In this document: in pieces, positions 1-8,879 of the stretch | Layout: each line of letters begins with the position of its first letter | Numbering within the stretch: the first letter of the stretch is position 1 | Origin: Minisyncoccota bacterium | GTDB lineage: Bacteria > Patescibacteriota > Minisyncoccia > Phycocordibacterales > CSBR16-193 | Assembly: GCA_040905715.1 (NCBI GenBank) | Contig: JBBDRA010000003.1 | Coordinates: forward strand, 199,075 to 263,074 | Reading direction: 5' to 3' | DNA length: 64,000 nucleotides | Made by a program: the position numbers and the translations under genes | Notes under the pieces: model-generated | The model's database searches: none | Told to the model about the DNA's origin: nothing | What the model saw: only the letters and a program-made list of their open reading frames with translations

Positions 1-590
1 ATCAAATGCAGCAGATCGGTTTCTCAAGCGCGAATGATCAGGATAAAGAAAATTACGATCATGCAAAAACTAAAGTAATGGAGAGCTTGAAGGAGTCGTT
101 CAAACCTGAGTTTTTGAATCGACTTGATGATATTGTCATGTTCGATATTCTTAGTCGCCAGGCAATACGGGGCATCGTGCGCAACCAGGTTGATATAGTG
201 AAAGATCGACTTGCTGAAAAAGAGATTACCTTGAAGGTTTCTAACAAGGTTATATCGTATCTTGCAGACGAGGGGTACGACCCACAGTACGGTGCGCGCC
301 CGCTTAAGCGCTTGATTCAAAGCAAGATCCTAACACCTGTTGCGTCGATGATGGTCTCACAAGGGGTGATGCGCGGTGGATCGGTCAAGGTTGATCTGGA
401 CGATAAAGGAGAATTTTCCTTCGATGTAAAGAAAGGGAAAAAAGGAAGCTTTATACGAGATAAAATTGAGATTGAAGATCAAAGCGCCTCAGAAAAGCCT
501 CAACAGAAAAAGACAACAACAAAGACATCTGCCAACACAAAGTCAAAACCAAAGCAAAAGAGGAAGGAGCCAGTGGGAGCGAAGAAGTAA
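1..590 (+). CDS. Clp/Hsp100 ATPase (ClpC/ClpB-like), C-terminal part; 5'-truncated by the window edge
   Basis: FKPEFLNRLDDI and GYDPQYGARPLKRLIQ motifs of the D2/small domain; Lys-rich tail. Confidence 0.9.
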   Translation, partial: QMQQIGFSSANDQDKENYDHAKTKVMESLKESFKPEFLNRLDDIVMFDILSRQAIRGIVRNQVDIVKDRLAEKEITLKVSNKVISYLADEGYDPQYGARPLKRLIQSKILTPVASMMVSQGVMRGGSVKVDLDDKGEFSFDVKKGKKGSFIRDKIEIEDQSASEKPQQKKTTTKTSANTKSKPKQKRKEPVGAKK

Positions 591-599
591 AAAATACAA

Positions 600-630
600 A
601 AAACAGCCCAAAGCAAATGGGCTGTTTTTT
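600..630 (+). terminator. Intrinsic terminator
   Basis: AACAGCCCA-loop-TGGGCTGTT followed by a T tract. Confidence 0.7.
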
Positions 631-683
631 GTTGAACAACACGAGGAATTGAGTTAGAATGACCGTTCGTTGCCAGTTAGAAT

Positions 684-766
684 GCGTCGGTGGCAGAGCG
701 GTCAAATGCACGAGGCTGTAAACCTCGCGACTTCGGTCTTCGCAGGTTCGAATCCTGCCCGGCGCA
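684..766 (+). tRNA. tRNA-Tyr (GTA), long variable arm, CCA not encoded
   Basis: Acceptor GCGTCGG/CCGGCGC, anticodon arm CGAGG-CTGTAAA-CCTCG, T-loop TTCGAAT. Confidence 0.95.
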
Positions 767-821
767 CAAAATTAAAAACGACACTATTTATTTTAGTGTC
801 GTTTTTAATTTATAGTGGTGA

Positions 822-1106
822 CAGGATTCGAACCGTAGGCGCCTAAAAACAAGGAGCCGTGCGACTATGTTTTTAGTGCGTTTCGACCGAAGGGAGAGGC
901 GAATCCTGCCCAGGAAAATTATTTGTGACCGAATCCCTATGTTTTCTAACTAGAGCGCCGGGAGATGAGCGAATTTCTTCGCTCGCGTCAGGATTCGAAG
1001 CGCCGGAACATATCGCGTAGCGATGTGAGGCGCCGGCAAGGAGTCTTAGTATTTTCGAAGCGAAGCGCACGAAAATACTTAGAACTCGCGGGGCCGAATC
1101 CTGCCC
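822..1106. repeat. Two tandem palindromic units bounded by inverted and direct copies of the tRNA-Tyr T-arm
   Basis: CAGGATTCGAA at 822 and 989 (reverse complement of the T-arm); CGAATCCTGCCC at 900 and 1095 (identical to tRNA 749-760). Confidence 0.75.
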
Positions 1107-1287
1107 AGAAAAAATATTCTTAACTGAATCCAGCACACCCACACCCTTTTATCTCTCTCCCGAGGTTAAACCTCGGGAAACTCGGTTCGATTTAAGAGAA
1201 GGTAGATCCTGCCACACACTCTTGCCCTTTCACTCCTGTTCCATTAGAGTTAACCTAGTTCTTTTGAACAAGAAAGGAGATGATTCG

Positions 1288-1926
1288 ATGGAACAGCAGC
1301 ATACCAGAAATTGGGTAATGAAATTTCTTCAGCAGAAGAAAGATCGTTTAAATTCAATCGTCGGCCAGTCGTGGAGAAGTATCACCGGATGGTTTTCCCG
1401 AGAGCAGAAGGGCCACGTCATTGATCCGTCAATCGCGCTGGCACACTTGAAGGGTTCTGTTCTCATAGACACGTTGCACGTGTCTGTCAGTGATTCAACA
1501 GATACGTTGCATGCAGATGCTGACCCGGGACAAAAAAGTGGATCGTATCACGTTGAGCTCGAAGGCAGGTTTACTCCTTCTCTCGAACAGTGTTCAGACG
1601 AGGGTATAACCGGCGATAAGGTGCTTCCTGAATCGGTGATGCTTGAAGTGATCACGCAGGCTGTTATGGCTGCGGTGGTTGATCATCTCGATCTCGAAGG
1701 TGGGAAGGTTATTAAGCCGCGACACGCTGATATCGATTGGTCCGGCGAGGTGCCCGCTGACTTTCGGTTCATCGTGACCATTCCGTCGATCGAGTTATCA
1801 CCGGATAACACAGAGGTGTTTGCCAAAAATATCATCGGAGAAGTGAGTGGCGCACGTGTCGTTACTGTGTCGTTGTTCACCTTTGCGATCATTGAGCAGC
1901 AGAAAAGTTCCACAAAAGTTTCATAG
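1288..1926 (+). CDS. Hypothetical protein, possible hotdog-fold (FabA/FabZ-like) C-terminal part
   Basis: AAAGGAG SD before ATG 1288; VLPESVMLEVITQA resembles the FabZ PGVLxxEAxAQ helix; terminator at ~1926-1974. Confidence 0.5.
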   Translation: MEQQHTRNWVMKFLQQKKDRLNSIVGQSWRSITGWFSREQKGHVIDPSIALAHLKGSVLIDTLHVSVSDSTDTLHADADPGQKSGSYHVELEGRFTPSLEQCSDEGITGDKVLPESVMLEVITQAVMAAVVDHLDLEGGKVIKPRHADIDWSGEVPADFRFIVTIPSIELSPDNTEVFAKNIIGEVSGARVVTVSLFTFAIIEQQKSSTKVS

Positions 1927-2017
1927 CCCCGTCACACTTTTTGGTAAGTAATCAGAAGTGTGGTGGGGCTTTTTCATTGTGCTTACTGCTTTTGTAAAAA
2001 TTTGCTACAGTTGCTCT

Positions 2018-3166
2018 ATGCAACCACGAGAATATAACTCAAACGCACTTCGTACCTGGATCGATGTTGATACCAAGGTACTTGAACACAACTACAATCT
2101 TTTTAGGGAGGTTCTCTCTAAAGAGACAACGTTGTGTGCGGTCGTTAAGTCAAACGCGTACGGGCACAGTCTCGTTGATTATGCTAAGCAGATGGAAGGG
2201 TTTGGCGTGGATTGGCTTGCGGTCGACACGCTTGTGGAAGGTCTTCGACTGCGCGAAGAAGGTATCACTGCACCGATATTGGTTCTGGGGTATACGCTGC
2301 CTGATATGTTCACAAAGGCAGCAGACAATGATATATCCATAATGATCTCCGGGTTTGAATCGCTCGGCCACGCGCTTCGGTATGCGGGCAAGAAACCTCT
2401 TAAGATTCATATTAAATGCGACACCGGAATGCATCGGCAAGGATTCTTGGAGGGTCAGATAAAAAAGGCGGTGCGAGACATTCGCAAAGCAGAGAATCCG
2501 AAGGTTGTGATTGAGGGCGTCTTCACACATTTTGCGGATGCCAAAAATCCATCCGAGCCGCGCCGGACGCAAGAACAAATAGAGATCTTCGAGAGGGTCA
2601 GACAAGAGTTCGTTGACGCAGGGCACTCACCTATTGTTCACGCTGCCGCTACGTCGACTACTGTTATCTTCCCTGAAGCACATTATGACATGGTGCGTGT
2701 CGGCATCGGTCTCTATGGCTTGTGGCCCTCTGTCGCTACCAAGCAGTATGCGCAAGAATGGCTTCCACTCCAACCCGTGCTTTCCTGGAAAAGTGTTGTA
2801 AGCGAGGTGAAGGCGGTCCCTGCCGGTTCGCAGTTCGGATACGGTTTTACCGAAAGCGTTGCTCGGGATTCAAAGATCGCGGTCATTCCGATCGGCTACT
2901 GGCACGGGTATCCACGCTCGCTTTCATCGATCGGTCATATGTTGATCCGTGGCAAGCGTGCCAAAGTGCTCGGCACCGTTTCGATGGATATAACGGTAGT
3001 TGATGTTACTGACATTAAGGGAGTTAAGGCAGGGGATGAAGTAATGCTTATTGGAAAAGACGGCAAAGACGACATTACTGCCGATGAGCTCGCCGGTATG
3101 ACCGGCACGATCAACTACGAGATCGTTACTCGTATCAATCCATTAATTAAGAGGTTTTACGTTTAG
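2018..3166 (+). CDS. alr: Alanine racemase
   Basis: AVVKSNAYGH PLP-lysine motif, HIKCDTGMHRQG, VRVGIGLYG, VSMD. Confidence 0.95.
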   Translation: MQPREYNSNALRTWIDVDTKVLEHNYNLFREVLSKETTLCAVVKSNAYGHSLVDYAKQMEGFGVDWLAVDTLVEGLRLREEGITAPILVLGYTLPDMFTKAADNDISIMISGFESLGHALRYAGKKPLKIHIKCDTGMHRQGFLEGQIKKAVRDIRKAENPKVVIEGVFTHFADAKNPSEPRRTQEQIEIFERVRQEFVDAGHSPIVHAAATSTTVIFPEAHYDMVRVGIGLYGLWPSVATKQYAQEWLPLQPVLSWKSVVSEVKAVPAGSQFGYGFTESVARDSKIAVIPIGYWHGYPRSLSSIGHMLIRGKRAKVLGTVSMDITVVDVTDIKGVKAGDEVMLIGKDGKDDITADELAGMTGTINYEIVTRINPLIKRFYV

Positions 3167-3287
3167 TATAAATTGTGACACGGCGTGTTGTACGAGTTAT
3201 CAAATACACACATGTATTTGATAAGTACGTTGATTTTGGTAGTGTTGCGGTGGGAAGACGGTAAAAACCTTTTTAAGGAGAAAACTC

Positions 3288-3545
3288 GTGCGTTGGAAAA
3301 AACGATTGCTGACGTTGGCAAAGTGTTGTTGGCTCGATAAACAAATCGCCACTCATTGGTTTGGTTGGGAAATGGATCCCGGTGATGCTGGAGCAAAGCC
3401 GGGAATTAATGCGTATCATTTTCACGTCCCGCCTGATCACAATATTGTGAACCTCACCGACTACTGGCCGCCGGCGAGATCACAAGCTGTAAAGGAGCGG
3501 GAACGAGCAATCAGGCGGGTGTTGAAACATCGGTTTATGCCATAA
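3288..3545 (+). CDS. Small orphan protein
   Basis: AAGGAG 7 nt before GTG; followed by terminator GCAGAAGGT/ACCTTCTGC + T tract (~3590-3620). Confidence 0.45.
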   Translation: MRWKKRLLTLAKCCWLDKQIATHWFGWEMDPGDAGAKPGINAYHFHVPPDHNIVNLTDYWPPARSQAVKERERAIRRVLKHRFMP

Positions 3546-3643
3546 ATGTGCAAAATCAGGCATGATGTTCGTATGCAAGAAAAGCTCAAGCAGAAGGTAA
3601 CCGCACCTTCTGCTTTTTTTATTTTTGTGGCACACTTGGTCGT

Positions 3644-4954
3644 ATGCGACAAAACATAGTACATCCGGGCGCAGATGAATTAAGTTACGAGATACGAGAG
3701 ATTGTTGAAGTAGCAAACCAGCTTCAGGCTGCCGGTCAGACGATCTACTGGGAGAACATAGGTGACCCGGTCGCCAAAGGTGAGAAGATCCCCGACTGGA
3801 TCAAGGAGAAGATCATCGAGGTCATCAAAACAGATGACAGTAGTTTTGGCTATTCTCCCACAAAGGGTGATGTAGGTGCGCGTGAGTACATAGCCCACGA
3901 GCGCAACATCGAAGGGGGGATACAGATCACCGCCGATGATATCCTGTTCTTCAATGGGCTTGGTGACGCTATTTCTAAAATATACGAATACGTTCATCCG
4001 GATGTTCGCGTCATCGGCCCAAACCCGGCCTACCCGACTCATTCCTCTGCTGAGGCAGCCCACGCCGGCTCTCATCATCTGACCTACCGTCTTGATCCCT
4101 ATAACAACTGGTATCCGGATCTGGAGGATCTGCGAAGTAAGGTGGAAAAAGATACGTCTATTGGCGGGATCATCCTGATCAATCCGGACAACCCGACGGG
4201 TATGGTGTATTCACAAGAAGTGATCGCCGGACTAGTGGATATTGCCCGTGAATTCAACTTGTTCATTATCTCCGATGAGATCTACTCGAACATTTTTTAT
4301 GGAGGTGTTGAGCATAAGAAATTAGCACAAGTGATCGGTGACGTGCCGGCGATCGCAATGCGCGGTATCTCAAAGGAGTTTCCATGGCCTGGTGCGCGGT
4401 GCGGTTGGGTCGAGTTTTATAATCGGGACAAGGATGAAACATTTAATCGGTACTGCCGTTCACTGGTCGACGCCAAGATGCTTGAGGTGTGTTCAACCAC
4501 GTTGCCGCAGAAAATGATCCCAAAGGTAATGGGAGACGAGCGGTATTATCCATATTTGGCTGAGCGTAATAAACAGTATGAAAAGAGAGCGCAGCAACTG
4601 TATGACGCGCTGGCAGATATCGAAGGTCTGGTGGTGAACAAAGCCAACGGCGCATTTTATATGACAGTAATGTTCAAGAAAGGGGTACTCACCGGCACTG
4701 AGATGATCCCGATCGAAAATGAGGATGCGAGGGGGATCGTTGCACCATATCTCAAAAATGGTCACGAGGCGGACAAACGCTTTGTTTATAACCTACTCGC
4801 TTCGACCGGTATTTGTGTCGTGCCGCTTTCGACCGGGTTCAATTCAGACCTCTTTGGTTTCCGGATCACGCTCCTCGAACGAGATGATGATACATTCGAG
4901 TATATAGTGGGTACCTTAAAAGACGCTATAGAGAAATATATTCAGAAAGCTTGA
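3644..4954 (+). CDS. PLP-dependent class I/II aminotransferase (AlaA/AlaT-like)
   Basis: NIGDP, INPDNPTG, SDEIY, GISKEFPWPGARCGW motifs. Confidence 0.88.
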   Translation: MRQNIVHPGADELSYEIREIVEVANQLQAAGQTIYWENIGDPVAKGEKIPDWIKEKIIEVIKTDDSSFGYSPTKGDVGAREYIAHERNIEGGIQITADDILFFNGLGDAISKIYEYVHPDVRVIGPNPAYPTHSSAEAAHAGSHHLTYRLDPYNNWYPDLEDLRSKVEKDTSIGGIILINPDNPTGMVYSQEVIAGLVDIAREFNLFIISDEIYSNIFYGGVEHKKLAQVIGDVPAIAMRGISKEFPWPGARCGWVEFYNRDKDETFNRYCRSLVDAKMLEVCSTTLPQKMIPKVMGDERYYPYLAERNKQYEKRAQQLYDALADIEGLVVNKANGAFYMTVMFKKGVLTGTEMIPIENEDARGIVAPYLKNGHEADKRFVYNLLASTGICVVPLSTGFNSDLFGFRITLLERDDDTFEYIVGTLKDAIEKYIQKA

Positions 4955-5049
4955 TTTTCTGCTACTTTTCTTGTAATCTAGTTCAATACTTCATGTTTAT
5001 GCCCGTGGTGGCTTAATAGGCCTAATATGTAGCGCCTTATAATCAAATT

Positions 5050-5208
5050 ATGTCACAAGATAACCTAATAAAACTCCAGTGTGGAGACTGCAAACAGATC
5101 AACTATTGGTCTCGTAAGAATAAGAAGCTTGATCAGAACAAGATCACGCTTCAGAAGCACTGCAAGTGGTGCCGAAAGCACGCGGAGCACAAAGAGATGA
5201 AGAAATAG
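5050..5208 (+). CDS. rpmG: 50S ribosomal protein L33 (Zn-type, 52 aa; not in the ORF track)
   Basis: Manual translation MSQDNLIKLQCGDCKQINYWSRKNKK...KHCKWCRKHAEHKEMKK; adjacent to tRNA-Trp as in many bacteria. Confidence 0.93.
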   Translation: MSQDNLIKLQCGDCKQINYWSRKNKKLDQNKITLQKHCKWCRKHAEHKEMKK

Positions 5209-5280
5209 AAGGGGACAACCCATAAAAAAAGAAAAGCCCTTTATCAGGGCTTTTCTTTTTGCTATAGTAACAGCGATCAA

Positions 5281-6948
5281 TTAGGGGCGTAGCTCACCTG
5301 GTAGAGCGTCGGTCTCCAAAACCGAAGGTAGCAGGTTCAAGTCCTGTCGCCCCTGCAATTTAGGATTTTTAGCGTAGATTTCACTCAAATCCCTTTTATC
5401 CTCGCCGTATTTAGGTGGTTCTAACCTATCGTGAATAGCGTCCACTGCTTTCTTCATTGATTTCATAGGAAATAGCAGATTATCCCAATCAATTCGCAGT
5501 ATTTTGTCTTTAAGGATTAGGTTCGAACCTAATGTAGCGAATATTTCTTTTTTCGTTTCCAAATTGTTACTTTCTCTAGCTTCGGCAAAGAGGGAAGACG
5601 CCTTTTCAGCAAAACTAAATCCACGTTCTGCTATCTCAAGCCAGTTATCTACACGCTTGTCTGTGCCCTTGAGAAGTTCTTGATATTTATCCTTCTCTTC
5701 AAGTAGTTTTTGTTTTCGCTCACGAAACTCTTCCTCACTAAGTTCATCATTGGCACGCATATCAATCAGGTTATCTAACCTGCGTACGCATGATTCATAT
5801 CCTCGCCTCTGTGAGCTGTAAATGAGTTCTCGGTCATCTACCTCCTTTGAGTTCATTTCCTTGAGCCGTGCCAGTGCCCAGTCTTTGAAATCAGTGGGTA
5901 TTTCTACAGATTCCAATTCTTTTGCTATTTGCTTTTCAAGCTCCTTTTCTTCAATCGGGGACTGACTGCAATTTGGGTCCTTTCGTTTCGTGCAGTGATA
6001 ATAGGTGTAATAGTGTGAGTTGCCATTCTTTTGGTGCTTCACTTTCTCCTCAGCTGTAATCATGGCTCCACACTCACCACATTTTAGAGGACCACGGTAG
6101 GCAATAGTATGTCGTTTTGGTCGTGTTGTATTTTCTCTGCCTAGCATTTGCTGTACTCGCTCATACTCTTCTCGAGTCACCAGAGGCTCATGTTTCCCCT
6201 TATAGGTATTACCGTCGTGCTCAATAACTCCCATATAGAAAGGATTAGTAAGTATCCTGTAGGCAGTACTTCTAGCGACTGGTTTGTTGCCACCTCGCTT
6301 TGTTTTACGAGTTCGCAGACCCCATTCATTATTTGCTATATCTAAAATCTGAGTCGGACGATAATTGCCTGTTAGCATTAAATCCCAAATCTTACGGATA
6401 AGGTTGAACCGCTCTGGGTCCTTGATGATGGTTTTTTCAGATTTGTCATTTAGGTAACCAATTGGCGGTAGGCTAGTAGCCCATCCTCTTTTTAGTCTAC
6501 CTAAGTTGCCTCGTTTTACATTTTTACTTAAATCAAGAACGAATTGGTTTGCTACTCCACTTTCCACATTAAATAGCAGTACATTATCTCCAGGGAGGTA
6601 TTCTCTGTCTACTGTTTGTATGCTCTGGAGTACGTTGCTTTGCAAGAGCCAGCTTAATCTACCACTGTCTACTGGATTGCGAGAGAGGCGGTTGATTTGC
6701 CAGCAAAGTATGCCGTCCGCTTCACCGTCCTCAACTCGTTGCAACATCTCCTCAAAAACAGGGCGATTGTTTGGAGTTTTTGCTGATTTCGATTCCGTAA
6801 GGTGTTCAATAATTTCAATGTTGAGATTATGAGCAAGTTCCGTGAGGCGGTTTGTTTGGTCCTCTATAGATTGTATCTGTCGGTCCTCACTCTCAGAGGA
6901 TTTCCGAGCATATAAAAAGTATCGTTTTTTGTTCGTATCTTTGCTCAT
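5281..6948 (-). CDS. Large serine recombinase (integrase); C-terminal tail overlaps tRNA-Trp in antisense
   Basis: YARKS catalytic Ser, RLSRN, recombinase domain (ILTNPFYMG, HEPLV), Zn ribbon CGECG...YYHC...C, coiled coil. Confidence 0.93.
   Translation of the reverse strand: MSKDTNKKRYFLYARKSSESEDRQIQSIEDQTNRLTELAHNLNIEIIEHLTESKSAKTPNNRPVFEEMLQRVEDGEADGILCWQINRLSRNPVDSGRLSWLLQSNVLQSIQTVDREYLPGDNVLLFNVESGVANQFVLDLSKNVKRGNLGRLKRGWATSLPPIGYLNDKSEKTIIKDPERFNLIRKIWDLMLTGNYRPTQILDIANNEWGLRTRKTKRGGNKPVARSTAYRILTNPFYMGVIEHDGNTYKGKHEPLVTREEYERVQQMLGRENTTRPKRHTIAYRGPLKCGECGAMITAEEKVKHQKNGNSHYYTYYHCTKRKDPNCSQSPIEEKELEKQIAKELESVEIPTDFKDWALARLKEMNSKEVDDRELIYSSQRRGYESCVRRLDNLIDMRANDELSEEEFRERKQKLLEEKDKYQELLKGTDKRVDNWLEIAERGFSFAEKASSLFAEARESNNLETKKEIFATLGSNLILKDKILRIDWDNLLFPMKSMKKAVDAIHDRLEPPKYGEDKRDLSEIYAKNPKLQGRQDLNLLPSVLETDALPGELRP
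5283..5355 (+). tRNA. tRNA-Trp (CCA); integration target
   Basis: Acceptor AGGGGCG/CGCCCCT, anticodon arm TCGGT-CTCCAAA-ACCGA, T-loop TTCAAGT. Confidence 0.95.
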
Positions 6949-6949
6949 A

Positions 6950-7093
6950 TAAAAACCCGAAAGGGACGGTCTGTGTTGAACCAACTACACGTGGCAATCA
7001 CAGGGATAGACACGATAGCGGAGCAGACCGCCCCTCTCGGGCTACTATAGTATCTATCCCCGTGCATACACCTACGCATAGTTGGTTCAACAA
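6950..7093 (-). promoter_or_regulatory. Structured 5' leader of the integrase with alternative pairings
   Basis: 14-bp perfect inverted repeat 6974-6987/7079-7092 plus inner stems; 18-bp pairing 7024-7041 with 6956-6973; mismatches are G-U only on the minus strand. Confidence 0.6.
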
Positions 7094-7103
7094 TTACATT
7101 ATA

Positions 7104-8279
7104 TCATCTTTTCTCAAGTGAGGACCGAGTAATAAGCTCAAATCTATCAAGTGCTTCGTCCACAAAAGCAATGCCATTGGAGTAGGGTAAGTTCTTGGTT
7201 AGTTCTGATGCTTCACGTATCTTCTTTGTGAGACGTTCAGGATGACTTGGACTCCAGCAGCTGGCTACCAATTTACGGAGTTCTTTTACGCCACGGTCTT
7301 TAATAATACATGTCAGACCATAGGAAATAAAAGCCCGATTCATACTGTGCACCTCTCCTTTTTTTCTTGCTTCCTCAGCTATGTGAAGAAGCAGCTTAAA
7401 GTCGTCCGTGGGACCAATGAGTGCAAGTTGATTTTCTGGTCTTTGTACAAGTGTATGCCATGATTTAAGTAGTATTGTTTTGCTTAAGTTATCAGAAAAC
7501 AAATCCCTGAACGCCACATAGGTTTTTGGTTTTCTGTCCAAAACAGCGTTTATGTCTCGCTGAACCGCCTGCGTCTTTTTTATACGATATTCGAATCGAA
7601 ATACCTCTTGATTCTCGAGTCCGTACTTTTCAACGATACTTCTTTCACCCACAATTTTCCCTTTGTCTTTACGTTTCACTTTGGGTCGCATTGCGTCAGC
7701 TATTTTGTCGTAGAAAACACGTTCAACGGTTCCAGAATAGATATGAAGGACCTGCCCACCATTCTTGTTCTCTTTAGTGGTTATATCCACAGTTTTATTT
7801 ATATCTACTTGTTGTAACTCTGCGAGTATGTCTTGCAATCGTATATCTCGCGGAAGTATTACATTCTTACAGAAGTGGACACCTGACACACGAGCGTTCG
7901 CAATTACATTTGCTTCAACGATTATCCCAACACTTGAGAGTGATTTCTGAAGAACAGTAAGAGCTTCCCCTAGGTTCTTGTCAGACACTTCTTGCAAGCT
8001 GTTACCGTATAGGAGTTTGGGAAGTGAGAACTCTGCTATAAGTACATACAGAACCTCTTTGCGTTCTTTATCAAGCGTCTCCAGAACATCTACTTTTGGT
8101 AGATAGGTGTCTTGTGCTGGGGCTTTTAAAACGAAACGACGAAGGTAGTGTCGGTTTGATTGCTTTTCTGTGTCAGAAAGCTCGGTGTATTCTCTGCGAA
8201 CTATTTCTGGTAGAAACCGTTGTTTGTAACCAATTTTGAACTTGCCTGGTCCGTATATCTTTATGATGACAGTATCCAT
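7104..8279 (-). CDS. Putative phage/plasmid replication initiator (gene II/X-like, rolling-circle type)
   Basis: EFSLPKLLYGNS, VHFCKN, VFYDK, FRFEYR motif series; position in the element. Confidence 0.6.
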   Translation of the reverse strand: MDTVIIKIYGPGKFKIGYKQRFLPEIVRREYTELSDTEKQSNRHYLRRFVLKAPAQDTYLPKVDVLETLDKERKEVLYVLIAEFSLPKLLYGNSLQEVSDKNLGEALTVLQKSLSSVGIIVEANVIANARVSGVHFCKNVILPRDIRLQDILAELQQVDINKTVDITTKENKNGGQVLHIYSGTVERVFYDKIADAMRPKVKRKDKGKIVGERSIVEKYGLENQEVFRFEYRIKKTQAVQRDINAVLDRKPKTYVAFRDLFSDNLSKTILLKSWHTLVQRPENQLALIGPTDDFKLLLHIAEEARKKGEVHSMNRAFISYGLTCIIKDRGVKELRKLVASCWSPSHPERLTKKIREASELTKNLPYSNGIAFVDEALDRFELITRSSLEKR

Positions 8280-8319
8280 AGTATTTTTGTTGTTGGCGGT
8301 GTTTTTCAAGGAAACCTCT

Positions 8320-8502
8320 TTAATCAGGTAGATTCTCTGAGGTATGACAAACACTCTCTTTGGCTTCATGCTTAGAAGTAATCTCAATCAAACGGATGAG
8401 ACGTGAGCCTTTATCAAGAGCCTCGGCTTTGCTGATGTCTTTACCGAAATGTTTTCGATAGAGTGCCTGAAACTCGATTATGTGTTCATCCGTTAGTTGC
8501 AT
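8320..8502 (-). CDS. Small hypothetical protein of the element replication module
   Basis: 60 aa helical ORF tightly packed between the 88-aa ORF and rep. Confidence 0.6.
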   Translation of the reverse strand: MQLTDEHIIEFQALYRKHFGKDISKAEALDKGSRLIRLIEITSKHEAKESVCHTSENLPD

Positions 8503-8504
8503 GA

Positions 8505-8771
8505 CTAATCAGAGTAGAGCTTGTTTTTAAGAGCTTTCAGGTTGTCAAAGTACGACCGCGCCTTGACTTCTAATTGGTTAGAAAAATACTTATTGGCATG
8601 CTCCTCAATTTCTTTATCTCGTTTGAATACAAAAAGGACCTTACGAGAGTTTGTTTTCTCTAGTCCCTGAAGTTGGTAACCGCTAGACAGTAGTGCTGCC
8701 GAGGCTCCGAGGTCATACGTTGTGAAGACTGATGATGAGTCCTCGCGGAATGAGACTGCTTCTTGGTTCAT
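8505..8771 (-). CDS. Small hypothetical protein (DUF5659-like)
   Basis: FTTYDLGASAALL...KVLFVF...YFDNLKALKNKLY resembles a family recurrent in CPR elements (from memory). Confidence 0.55.
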   Translation of the reverse strand: MNQEAVSFREDSSSVFTTYDLGASAALLSSGYQLQGLEKTNSRKVLFVFKRDKEIEEHANKYFSNQLEVKARSYFDNLKALKNKLYSD

Positions 8772-8879
8772 GGTAATGATTTCTAAACTCCGAGTAATGC
8801 GGGTTTCTCTAAAGAAAAACCCAGTGCCTATAGTGGCAAACTGGGTTACTCAGATATGAAATCTACGCGAAATCTACGG

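Noticed and set aside
873-1142. ORFs over tRNA trailer repeats (also 36030-36705 and the 17138-17384 part of the minus ORF)
   Set aside because: Shadow frames of palindromic or tRNA sequence with no protein features.
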